Source: Welwitschia mirabilis
Taxonomy: Eukaryota
Assembly (NCBI GenBank): GCA_051453625.1
Contig: JBOZIK010000001.1
Span: 28,460,589 to 28,482,644, forward strand
Reading direction: 5' to 3'
Length of the DNA: 22,056 nt
Shown: positions 1-10,845 of the stretch, piece after piece
Layout: every line of letters begins with the position of its first letter
Position numbering within the stretch: position 1 is the first letter of the stretch
Made by a program: the position numbers and the translations under genes
Notes under the pieces: generated by a model
Seen by the model: only the letters and a program-made list of their open reading frames with translations
What the model was told of the DNA's origin: nothing
Database searches by the model: none

Positions 1-2
1 CT

Positions 3-230
3 TTAAAGAAATTCCCTTATAAAACTCCAAAAAAAATATCTTGAAATGAGATTATTTCATATCTAAAGTAGATTAACTTCTATACTAGACACATGAAAGA
101 AGACCTTATTGTAGATGGATATGACATTACAGATACCTCAATTGAGGGTACTGGATCTGCTCATACTGGGGAAGATGAAGAATATTCAGAGGAAGAATCT
201 GAAGAGGAAAAAGAAGAAGAGGAAGAATAA
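3..230 (+). pseudogene. C-terminal remnant of the element's extra (env-like position) ORF with acidic tail
   Basis: Frame starting at 3 reads LKKFPYKTPKKIS*NEIISYLK*INFYTRHMKEDLIVDGYDITDTSIEGTGSAHTGEDEEYSEEESEEEKEEEEE* (TAA 228-230). It lies just upstream of the multi-PPT region. This is a different frame from the listed 115..321 ORF. Confidence 0.5.
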
Positions 231-725
231 AATTAAAATTTCTTATCTTTTTAATCATGCTTTAGTGTTCTTTTCTTACCCTTGTTCTCAAAAAGAGAAG
301 ATTTTTATTATGCTTGTTTGATAATTTTGAGATGTATTCACTTGAAGAGAACATTTTATTTTCTAGTTATAATCCTTATTAAAACTTGTAATGTTTTGTC
401 TCTTAAAAAAAATTAGTAATCTATTTTAGCACAATTTTTTTCTGTATCACTTTACATCATTTCGTATATCTCATTTTTGTAAGTATAAATTATATGTGCT
501 TATTTTAGAGAGGTTAAATTATTATCTCAATTAAAAATGAACTGAAATATTTGTGTCATTTAAATAAATGAGTGTTTCTGATCACATTTGAATTATCATT
601 TGATATCATTATGTTTTCTCAAATTATGCATAATCAAATTGTATTATTTAAGAGCACAAAATTTTGTCTATTCAAAATGCCTAAATGTGTGTCAATATTT
701 GGATCATTCCTTTCACATGTGGTAT

Positions 726-1021
726 CAAGATAGGGGAGAAAAATTTGATATTTCTTGCCGTATATCTAAGTTTTATGTTTATTTGCCATTGATGTCAAAG
801 GGGAAGAGACGATGTAGTGCTTTTAAAGTATCCTGTCAAAGAGGGAGAAAATGATTTGTTTTAGAAATGCTTTCACCCTTTTTGTTTAACTGTCTATATG
901 ACTTGATGAAAGGGGAAGTTTTTTTATTATATTGTGCCTAAAATTAGTTGGTGAAAGAGCTTAAATACGTTCAAATTTTGAAATCACTTATTTGTTTGCC
1001 ATCAATGTCAAAGTGGGAGAT
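726..1021 (+). promoter_or_regulatory. Multiple polypurine tract cluster (about 5 units)
   Basis: caagataggggaga (726), gtcaaaggggaaga (794), gtcaaagagggaga (835), gatgaaaggggaag (~906), gtcaaagtgggagat (1007). The last abuts the LTR TG at 1022. Confidence 0.85.
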
Positions 1022-1175
1022 TGTTAGATTATATTTGCCGATTGATGTCAAACTAATATCTTTTGTGTAGAACATATGGTATCTTTTATGCAGATAAGTT
1101 TGAATTTTGCAGGTTGAAAGAATTGGACCAAAATATACACTAGAAACCTGCTGAGTTAATTTACCCTCCAGTAGG

Positions 1176-2013
1176 GTTGACTGGATCTTAAAGGGGTCGA
1201 CCGCACCTGAAGCTTTCAAAGGAAAAGGACTACAACCAGAAGGGTCGACCGGATTCTAATGGGGTCGACCGGACCTGTAACCTGGAAATCAGTATCCCTG
1301 AACCGAATGGAAAGGGGTTTACCGAATTTTCATGGGGTCNNNNNNNNNNNNNNNNNNNNNNNNNNNNNNNNNNNNNNNNNNNNNNNNNNNNNNNNNNNNN
1401 NNNNNNNNNNNNNNNNNNNNNNNNNNNNNNNNNNNNNNNNNNNNNNNNNNNNNNNNNNNNNNNNNNNNNNNNNNNNNNNNNNNNNNNNNNNNNNNNNNNN
1501 NNNNNNNNNNNNNNNNNNNNNNNNNNNNNNNNNNNNNNNNNNNNNNNNNNNNNNNNNNNNNNNNNNNNNNNNNNNNNNNNNNNNNNNNNNNNNNNNNNNN
1601 NNNNNNNNNNNNNNNNNNNNNNNNNNNNNNNNNNNNNNNNNNNTCAATTGAATCCTAAAGGAGTCGACTGCATCTGAAGCTGTCAAGAAAAAATGGATTG
1701 AACCCAGAGGGTTCGACTAGATTTTGATGGGGCTGACTAGACCTATATCCTAGAAGTCAGTATTCTTGAACCAAATGGAAAGGGGTCGACTAGATTTTCA
1801 TGGGGTTGACTGGATTTGAAGAGTTGATAGGTAATAGTCCTAGATCAAGAGGCAAGGAGTCGATTGGACCTAGGATGAGGTTGAGAGGACCCAAATGGGG
1901 TCAACCAGACTTGGAGATGTAAAAACCTAGGATAACCAAATTTCTCTCTTAGGCAACCTAAGTAATTCATGACACCACATGGGGTCAACTGGATTTTTAT
2001 GGGGTCAACTAGA
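1176..2013 (+). repeat. Array of palindromic GGGGTCGACCGGA motifs in U3
   Basis: More than 10 copies: intact ggtcgacc at ~1195, ~1243 and ~1263, and decayed forms ggttgact, ggtcaact, ggtcgact, ggtcaacc. Confidence 0.85.
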
Positions 2014-2129
2014 TGGTCTGGAAAAGAAAAATTTTCAAATATTATGTATCCATTTTGTACCCATTAACTAGCCATTTTATAGCTATTGGAGGTGAAATTC
2101 AATTGTAATAAATCCTATTAATCCTCCAT

Positions 2130-2137
2130 TATAAATA
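2130..2137 (+). promoter_or_regulatory. LTR TATA box
   Basis: cctccatTATAAATAgc, downstream of the palindromic motif array, which is the expected position. Confidence 0.6.
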
Positions 2138-2416
2138 GCTATGTTATTATTGACCTAGAGATCTTTTGGCACTATTCTTATTTGGCAAAATCATTATGGA
2201 TCTAAAAGATCAAGTTGTAATTTCATTGGTGTATCATTGTACTACTTCACATCTAACTTGAGGAGATTCATCATTGGCATAAGTACTTCATTCTTATCAG
2301 ATTTAAGAGCTTCATTGTTATGATCTACCAAAGAAGAGCTCCATTCATTATAGTACTATAGAATGTGTGATATCTATGTAACTAAGGCATTACCTCATCA
2401 CTTTCATTATTTCTAG

Positions 2417-2510
2417 AGGTTAAGACTTAGCCTTAAAAAGTCTGTGCTATAGGTTAAGAACTAGCCTTGAAAAGTCAATTGTGAAGGTTAAGACTTAGCT
2501 TGTAAAAGTC
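2417..2510 (+). repeat. 3 x 34-bp tandem repeat in LTR R/U5
   Basis: aggttaagacttagccttaaaaagtc (2417), aggttaagaactagccttgaaaagtc (2451), aggttaagacttagcttgtaaaagtc (2485). Confidence 0.9.
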
Positions 2511-2852
2511 CACTTGGAAGGATTACAAGTAAACTTGGAAAACATGTGGAGTAATAGAGATCCAATATTGAGCTTGGAAGAAGCTAATGATCAAGAGTAG
2601 AGTAGAGGAGTTCCCAAATGACTATAAATCTAGCATGCATAAAAATTAATAGTATGTGCATTTCATTTTTGATTCATTACTTTTAGTTTTTCATTATTGC
2701 ATGCACTTTCTTGAATTAGATATTTTCATATGCAAGCTGTGCTTAGATAGATTTAAATATTTTAGTTTTAGGCATAAGTTTTTAAAAGAACTTATTCAAC
2801 CCCCCCCCCCCAACCCCCCCCGGCCCCCCCAGGGTTCTCGGTCCTATTATAT

Positions 2853-5820
2853 TTTAACCACTTCTTACATTTAGTGGAGAAGTTGAATGCAAGAAAAATC
2901 ACCAGGAGAGATACTAAGGAATTACTCAACCTCACAAATAATCTATACCTCTATAACTTGAACTTTACAAGGGGGTTCTTCACTTACTGCAACCATCACT
3001 ATGGCCAATATTGAACCTTCTATAAGCTAGATCAGGTCCTTCTTAATGAGTAGTGAATCTCACATTTTAAGGAGTCCCAAGCTGAATTTCAACCATTAAG
3101 TATTTTTTTAATCATAGGCCATGCATTATGTACATTAGCAAATTAGCAAGGAAAATTTCCCCTTTTAGATTCTTATGTAGCTAGACTCTAAATGAATAGT
3201 TCATGATTTTAACATTTAATGCCTAGTAGACAATAGTAAATGGTTGCCCAATATACATGGTATATCAAAAGGTAACTAAATTGGCCCTCAAGAGCTTTTA
3301 TCAAACAACCTATAGTAATATCTTAGTTAGAGTCAAGAAGATGAGGTGAAAACTTCATGACATTCATAGTTTTCTTAACTTAATCCCAATGAGCAAAGGC
3401 TATACACTGACAAGCAAACCATGTTAAAGGAGTTGAAGAGACTTTTGAAGGCAGAGACTTTGATGTATAAGTAGAGAACAAAAAATATTTGGATAACTAA
3501 GGATGATACAAAATCCACTTTTTTCAACACATAAGTAAAACAAATAAGTGTAGAGGAAACATTTAGATTCTATTCAAGATAAATGAAATGAAACTTGATA
3601 CTCTAGAGGATGACAAAGACAAGATGATCAGCTTCTACTAAAACCTCCTTGGCAAGTTAGAGTGGTGCACCCCTTTAATTCCCTCTCTTATACAAAATGG
3701 ACCTCTAATCATAAAATAGCAATGCCTATCCCTTTCTGCACTTTTCATAGACTAAGATATTTTCTAAGCCATTAAATATATTCTAGACAAAAAGGCACTA
3801 GATCCAAATGGATTTTTATCTTTCTTGTTCGAGAAGGAATGGCCTATTATTAGGTCTAATATCATCAAAGTAATCAGAAATTTCTTTAGTTAAAATTAAA
3901 TGCTAGGGTTTATAGACTCAACAATAATAGTCCTTATTCCTAAAGTTAGTTGCCCTAGACATGGCTTTGAGTTTAGGCCCATTTCATGTCATAATATCCT
4001 TTACAAATCCATCTCCAACATTCTTACTTCAAGACTTAAGCAGGTAATTGGTGACTTAGTGGACAAATAATAGGGCGCTTTTATAAAAGGAAGAAGCATA
4101 ATTAACAACATTATCCTTGCATAAGAAATGATAAAAAATAATGGGAGGAGGTAGATAAACCCTAGATTCACTCTGAAAGTGGATTTAAAGAAAGCATAGG
4201 ATACTTTAAAGTGGGACTTTCTAGAATAATTGCTTATCACTCTTGAATTTTCTTACAGGTTCACCAAACGGGTTATGAATTGTGTTAATATAGTTAAAAA
4301 AATAATACTTTCTAATAAAGAGCTTCATGGGTATTTTGAAGGCAAGAGAGGAATAAAATAAGGGGATCCTATATCTACATACCTATTTGTACTAACTATG
4401 GAGTATGCAAGGAGATTACTAAAGGCTTATATTAATTCAAGCAAATTTACATACCATCCCAAATGTAAATAGATCGAAATATTATACTTGATTTATGATG
4501 ATGACCTATTGATGTTTTGTAAAGGGAAAATAGATTTTGTGCTAATCCTTAAGTAGGCCCTAAATTGTTTTTCTCATGCTTCTAACTTAAAGGAAAACTT
4601 ATCCAAATCTCAAGCTTACTTTGTGGGTATTACTACCCTAGTTAAAAGGAAAATCTTAGAGGAGGTGTAGTTTACATAAGGGAGCCTCCCATTCAAGTAT
4701 CTAAGGGTTTCCTTAACATCAAAATCCCCCTTAATAAATGACTATATGCATTTAATTAAGAATATAATCTCTAGATTTCATTGTTAAATAAACAAATATC
4801 TTTATTATGGATGTAGACTAGAATTGATAAGGTTAGTGCTTCAAAGAATTCAGCTTTACTAGTATCAGGTGTTTATTCTACTAAAAAAAAGTCATAAAGA
4901 AAGTGGCGAGAATCTATAGAGCATTCTTACGATCAAGGAAAGATTAATCTAAGAGATCTCTCACAGCCTAATAGAAGCTATCTACCCTAAAGGCAGTAGG
5001 TAGGCTTGGCCTTAAGGATATGTATATCTACAATAAGGCAGTTAATCTTAGAAACATTTTGGCCTTAGTAAATAAAGAAGAATCCCTATGGGTGAGGTAG
5101 ATACATGGAGTGTATATGAAATGAATTAATATCTAAACCATACAAATCAAGCCTTCCTTTTCATGGGCATTTAAGAAACTAATCAAACTTATAGAGGATG
5201 CAAGAAAATATGTATAAGTCATTGCTAGATAAATGAGATGGATATGAGGAGATAAGTCCTTAACACTTACTGCTACATATCTGATTCTTGTAGAAATGCC
5301 TTTTAGAGTGGAATGGTCATTTGCTATGTGGGATAAATACATCCAACCAAGGCACTCCTTTATCCATTAGCTTATAATGAAAAATAGACTAATGACTAAA
5401 GACAACCTAAATAGATTTGACATCTTAGTGGACCAGTCATGTGTTTTATGCAATACTACTCCAGAATTAAAGAATCACTTGTTTTTCTCATGTTCTTTCT
5501 CATTCCAAATATAAAGTATAGTAAATTAATTTCTTCTAATCACAACCTCCTCCTTACAAATCCACTTGCAAAGCTAGATCACCATAGAGTTGAGATCCTC
5601 TAAGATGAAAAATTAGATCTATAAGATTGCCTTCAACTCAATCATTTATTTTTTATGACAACATAAAAACTACATAATTTCTAAAGACATAACCCCACAA
5701 GTGAATTATGTTTTCAAAAGATCAAATTTAGCATCAATATCCAATTAGCATTTATCAAGATTATGAAGGATATCACTAATAATAGAAGATGGTGTCAAGA
5801 CCTTCATATTTATCTAGATT
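2853..5820 (+). pseudogene. LINE ORF2 pseudogene: AP-endonuclease C-half, reverse transcriptase, zf-RVT zinc finger
   Basis: FN..L..VEK (2853), GFFTYCN, KLDQVLLN (3024), PFRF (3161), WITKDDTN (3490), KALDPNGF (3792; KAPGPDGF-like), LIPK, FRPISCHNILYKSISNILTSRLK, KVDLKKA*D (4176), GYFEGKRGIK*GDPISTYLF (4329), LIYDDDLLMF (4488; FADD-like), LPFKYL, PRHSFI, CVLCNTTPELKNHLFFSCSFS (5440). Many stops and several frameshifts. Confidence 0.93.
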
Positions 5821-6029
5821 TTAAGAGAAGGGTCAAACAATAATAGGAGATAAGAGGGGTACTTTGATACAACTAAGAAAGAAGACTATAGAAAAATAAC
5901 TTCTCAAAGACAAGCCCTTGGTTGCCTTAATAATAATTAACTTTGATCTCCCTTAGAGTAGAATTCATGCAAGACCAAAATGTAACTTTATTTTGACATT
6001 GTTAGAAAAGAAGATAATTACAAAAAAAA
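2853..6029 (+). mobile_element. Plant L1-clade LINE, 5'-interrupted and degenerate
   Basis: ORF2 motifs in the correct order (see next feature), a short 3' UTR and an A8 tail at 6022-6029. Confidence 0.92.
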
Positions 6030-7970
6030 TTATTTGTTACATATGATGAATCTATGCTATACATAGATGCCTTACTAAGAAAGTAGCAAATAAATTATTA
6101 CCAACACATTCATCTTGAATCCTTACTAAGAAATTAGCATCGACACATCTATCTAAGCGACCTACCTATTAAAGGATAGCCCATATTTTTTCTTTATAAC
6201 ACTTCATTTTAATCTCCTTTCAAGTAGAATTCATATAGATTTAAAACAAATCCTTCTAATGCACTATAAAAGATTAGTTTTCATCAGTGTTTAATCAGCA
6301 AGACCAATCTCAAATCCCTCTTCCCGACTGTGCCTATCAAGCCCTTAATATAACTCACAATCGCATTCACACAATTAAGGTGAACCTCATATTTAGAGAT
6401 AATCACTCACTCTAGAAGAGCTCTTGCAAGTCAAGACTATTCTATTTCTAGCATACTTACTTCAAGATGGTAAGAGCACTAGTTCACATATATTTTAGCT
6501 ATTGTGCATGCCCTGTCAAGTTACCATTTCTTTCTCTAATCAGCCATACTTGTTATTACCAAATAGAACCACAAAGATACACTGAACAGAACATCAACTA
6601 TGCATCTTGTCAAAGTTCTCTTATAGTCATCACTTGTTGCTACCTCCTTAGGAGCTTTTATTTATTATTTTTAGGGATTGCCTAAGTGGGTTCACTATAA
6701 GAATCTCTCATATCCTTCACCCAACCCACCTCATTATTTTATGATTAGGATCAATCATTTTGATCATTTTTTGTTGTCTTTTTATAATGGTTTGAACTTA
6801 TTTAACTTGCTAGTATTAAAGCTAAATTATTTCCAAATTTTTAATTCTTATAAGAATCTTATAATGAAGGCCCACTTAGATGGCAAAATGATGCATCTAC
6901 AAGGATGTACTAGTATGCATGAAATGCATTCTATGTTTTTGTAACATTCTAGTTTTAATTATCCTAATTAATCATTATTTTTTTAAACATTATTAACTAT
7001 GATGCACAAAGAAACCTAGGATCAATTCCTATTTAGAGCTTAGTAAAACTTTATAAGATTTAAAATAATTAAATAATACAATTAGTACTTAACTATAGAC
7101 CTTTTTTATTTGCATATAATAACAACATTGAAAGTTTACTATATTTTTCACCTTTCAAAGATATCTTGTATAAAGTAGGATGTTAACTTGTTTTATCACA
7201 TATAATGTATAAGTTTTAGAATAGTGCCTAACTAATATAATAGAAGATTGCATCTCCCATTAATAACATTCCAACACAATACCTAGTGACTATCCAAACA
7301 TGAGTTGATTCTATATTAGGTTTTAAATAATACAAACATGGATAGACTCAACTCTATAGGCTTAGATTTCATCTCAATATCTCATTAATAATAGTGATAG
7401 ACAATACATAAGGTGGATGTATTCTTATAAATGATCCCCCCTTTATTGAAGCATCTTAGAATGGTACAACATAATCCTTTAATACCAAGGGGTTAAGATA
7501 TTAAGTTAGAGTAACTCCATACATGGGTAGGATAGGAGAGTAAAGAGTTGTGATTAAATCTACTTCCAGAAGGGTTTATAAATAAAAAATACAATACAAT
7601 CCATCTTACTACTGAAATCCAATTATATGATAATAATTATTGATATTATCTTGTTTTAGTTGAATGAATATATCAAACAAATGCAAGCATATAATTATAT
7701 GGATATTTAATGAATTATTTACCTAGTAAAAACAAATCTAATCATCACTTGGTTTATTTTAAGAAAACGATCATATAGAAGAAAAATAGAGTATACAAGA
7801 AATTTTTTAATTTTTAGAAAAAAGTAAAATCATACATTTTCAAAGAATAATAGTGAAAATAAATTAAAAAACATTTCTTTATTTTTCTACATTATAGTAG
7901 TTATTTTTAAAAAAGATAATTAATAAATCTAAGCTCTATTGTAAAAGCATGCTCCATTTATGAGACCAAG

Positions 7971-8059
7971 TAAAATAAAGTTAAGTAATGTATATATTAA
8001 AATAAAGTTAAGTAATGTATATATATATATATATATATATAAAATAAAGATAAGTGATT
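7971..8059. repeat. 27-bp tandem duplication with (TA)n expansion
   Basis: taaaataaagttaagtaatgtatatat twice (7971, 7998), a (TA)n run at ~8018-8041, and a third diverged partial unit at 8040. Confidence 0.9.
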
Positions 8060-9480
8060 GGACTACACATCTTTTAAATTATTAAGTAGACAAACCTAAT
8101 GTATATGCCTAAAATTAAAGAGTAAGGGCCTAATATTAATTAAATAATATATAAAAATAATTTAAAAACAAATTTAAGTTAACTAAAAATCATATAGAGT
8201 ATTTAAAATAATTTGGTACTTGCATTAAATAATTTTAATAAATTTTCTATAGTTATTAAAATTATTTACAAAGTTTCTTAGCTTTTAAAAAGCATTGAGA
8301 CTAAAATTTTCTAGTTAATCCTTAAAAATGAAAAAAATAAGTTAGACTTACTTTTTCATTAACTATACTAATCATGTTATCTCTAAGAACTAATTTTATT
8401 AAATATTATTTGTATACATGTATTTCATAGGGTTAAACTCTGACTATAAAAACTTTGTAAATTTTAGAGCTACTAAAATAATGCCTTTACTAAAATGGCT
8501 ATAATTTTTAATCCGCCTAGCATTTGTAAATAAGCAAATAGTTTTTTCAAAAGATTATTTCATCATCTAAAATTTGTACTTTTTTTAATCATCTAAACCA
8601 TTTTATTAATTTAAAATACTGAGAATGGTTGCTTACTATTTTTTACTTGTAATTTTTGATTTATTTTTATAAAATAAATTTTAAAATTATTTACTATATA
8701 AAAATTAGTATTTTAAAATTTTTAAATTTTTAAAATGATTTAAAACCTACATAAAAAAGGTTCATAGGGTTTTATTTAGTATTAATTGAGTTATAGCCTT
8801 CTTAAGTTATGCCTCACTTTTGGGAAAAAGTAAAGTTTATCTAAACTAAGAATAAGAGAATTTATACTAATTTATATAAATAAAAATGAATTTAAATAAC
8901 TAAAAAGTCATAATAAACTTGGTTTTTAAAGTATATAAAACACAAATATAAATAATATAAACTTAATTTATAATAATATATAATGCATCAAATATCATGA
9001 GCTTTAGAATTTTCTAAAAGGAGTGCCTAGCCTAAATAGATTTTGAGGATTAAGATCATTTCCCTTATAAAAAATCTAATACAAATTTGATGTAAAATGC
9101 ATTTAAAATTTAATATAATGAAAAAAAATATAGGTATCCAAAATTATAGTGACCCCCTTAATCACTTGATTAGAATGTGTATTAGATACCTATAAGTTAA
9201 CATGTTAAGAGGTCCTTCAACTCTCTTATTTATCCTAGTGTATGCTAATGGATGGCAAAATATCCATTGGTAACTCAATTAACTAAGCATGTAAATAGAT
9301 CTATCAAACCTCTCTCTTATCTTAGTATCATCTAATGAAAGCGAAACTACAAATACTACATTGATACTATAATCATATGCATAGGCCTAATGTAAGAATG
9401 AAGCTAAACTTCTTGTGAAATAAGAACCTACTTGAGGGTAAAAAGGTTAATGATCCTTGAAAAATATTTATGAAGTACTA

Positions 9481-9745
9481 AAATCCAAGATACTAGCTTC
9501 ATGTTAACAAGTTTTAAGCTCTAGGCTCCAACTCCATAGTGAAGAGGATGAAAGATTAAGAAGAAATTTTGGTAGCATAAACTTGCTTGGAGAATACTAG
9601 CTTGAGAAGAAATAAGAGGGTTTTATTTATAGATGAATGATATATTAAAAGTCCTTGATATAATTGATTAAGAAACATGCATATCATTTTGCCATAAGAT
9701 AAGGAAATCGCATTTAGTTGATAAGATTAATGAAGGATAAGTTGA
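9481..9745. repeat. Direct repeat copy A (LTR-like fragment, probable minus orientation)
   Basis: caactcca...aagaggatgaaagattaagaaga.attttggtagcataaact...gaatactagctt.agaagaaataagag matches 10281-10498. A reverse TATA (tatttatag) lies at 9624-9632. Confidence 0.8.
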
Positions 9746-10197
9746 ATAGATTTATTTAAAAGTAATATAGGCAAATGATAAGATTGATTAAGAACAAGTA
9801 GAAGTAACATTGACATATGAATGACTACTGATAAGATTGATCTATCAGAAGTTATAATAGCTTGTGTAATAAGTAAAAGTGACATATAAATGATAAAAGA
9901 AATCTTATTTATAACTTATGCACCTAATGTGGGTCAATAATTTTTTTTTGCTTTAATTAGAAAGATAAATTACATGCATTATTTCTTCATGCTAGTTCCT
10001 TGTTTATCCTTTAGCTTAGAGTTAATCCAAAACATAGTTAAAATTCATTAGAAGAATAAATGAACTAACTTCAAAATTACCATATAACATAAAAAGAAAA
10101 ATGATATTTTAAGCATAAATTACTTTTACAAATATCAAAAGGAATAAAATACATGATAGAATAAATTTTACTCATTTATTTTTTTTGGTTTATAAAT

Positions 10198-10498
10198 AGA
10201 TTCAAGATCCAAGATCCTAGCTCTAAGATTTTAAGCTTCAAACTTTAAGTTCTAACTTCAAATCTTTAAGATCCAATTTTCAACTCCACACTTAAGAGGA
10301 TGAAAGATTAAGAAGAGATTTTGGTAGCATAAACTCACTTAAAGAATACTAGCTTAAGAAGAAATAAGAGAAATCTATTTAAATATGATAGTGTATTAAA
10401 AGTGCTTGATATAATTAGTTAAGGAATATATATATCATTTTACCCATAAAGTAAGAAAATCTCTTTTATTTAATAAGATTGATCAATAACAAGTTGGA
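10198..10498. repeat. Direct repeat copy B, preceded by a 7-bp-period array and truncated by CACTA insertion
   Basis: Colinear with copy A up to ...aagttgga, then CACTA begins. Confidence 0.8.
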
Positions 10499-10845
10499 CA
10501 CTACTAGAAATATAGGATTTTAAGGCATTTATTTTAATAAATGCCTCAAGTATTGAGCTTGTTAAGGAATTTATTTTAATAAAGATCTTAAACAAATCTA
10601 ATCAAACCCTTTTGAAGGTATGTTTTAAACAAATGTCATAAAAGATCTTTTGAATTTTTTTCCCAAGGCATTTATTAAAAAAATGTATTAATAATAAGGT
10701 GAATGTTATAACAAAACTTTAAATGTTTCAAGTTTTTAAAGAATTTATTAAAATAAAAACCTTAAATAATTAGTTTTTTTAAGGCATATAAAAAATTGCC
10801 TTTAAAGATAGCTAAAAAATCAAGTTTTAATTTAGGGAAAAATCA
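10499..10845. mobile_element. CACTA (En/Spm) DNA transposon terminus with subterminal repeats
   Basis: CACTACTAGAAA at 10499, followed by palindromic units aaggcatttatt..aataaatgcct (10522-10546) and variants at ~10564, ~10616, ~10665, ~10739 and ~10781. Confidence 0.85.

Larger units (their letters stand above)
1..2860 (+). mobile_element. 3' part of a Ty1/copia LTR retrotransposon, Sirevirus (SIRE/Maximus)-like
   Basis: Several TCAAAGGGGGAGA-like PPT units precede TGTTAG at 1022. The LTR has palindromic repeat motifs, a TATA box and a C-rich ATTCAACCCC tract near its 3' end. These are the established Sirevirus signature features. Confidence 0.85.
1022..2860 (+). repeat. 3' LTR of the Sirevirus-like element (contains a 304-N gap; 3' end between 2851 and 2860)
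   Basis: Starts TGTTAG immediately after the PPT. TATAAATA at 2130-2137, C-rich tract at 2794-2830, and ends at ...TTAACCA (2860) or ...ATTATA (2851), where LINE coding sequence begins. Confidence 0.8.

Noticed and set aside
115..321. Listed 68-aa Lys-rich ORF
   Set aside because: Off-frame reading of the Glu-rich tail.
1259..1686. ORFs spanning N-gaps (also 10982-11245, 12780-13091, 15794-16075)
   Set aside because: Open only because Ns cannot form stop codons.
2417..2510. CRISPR-like spaced repeat (26-bp repeat x3)
   Set aside because: Spacers are only 8 bp, the repeats are diverged, there are no cas genes, and it lies inside a plant LTR.
4001..5342. Minus-strand ORFs 4001-4240 and 5133-5342
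   Set aside because: Antisense shadows of LINE ORF2.
6030..9480. Possible LTR or MITE debris, a 20-bp duplication (6070/6121) and ORFs 6467-6944
   Set aside because: No termini, TSDs or protein motifs could be supported; left unassigned.
10198..10288. Interstitial telomeric repeat
   Set aside because: The period is 7, but the units do not resemble TTTAGGG/CCCTAAA.
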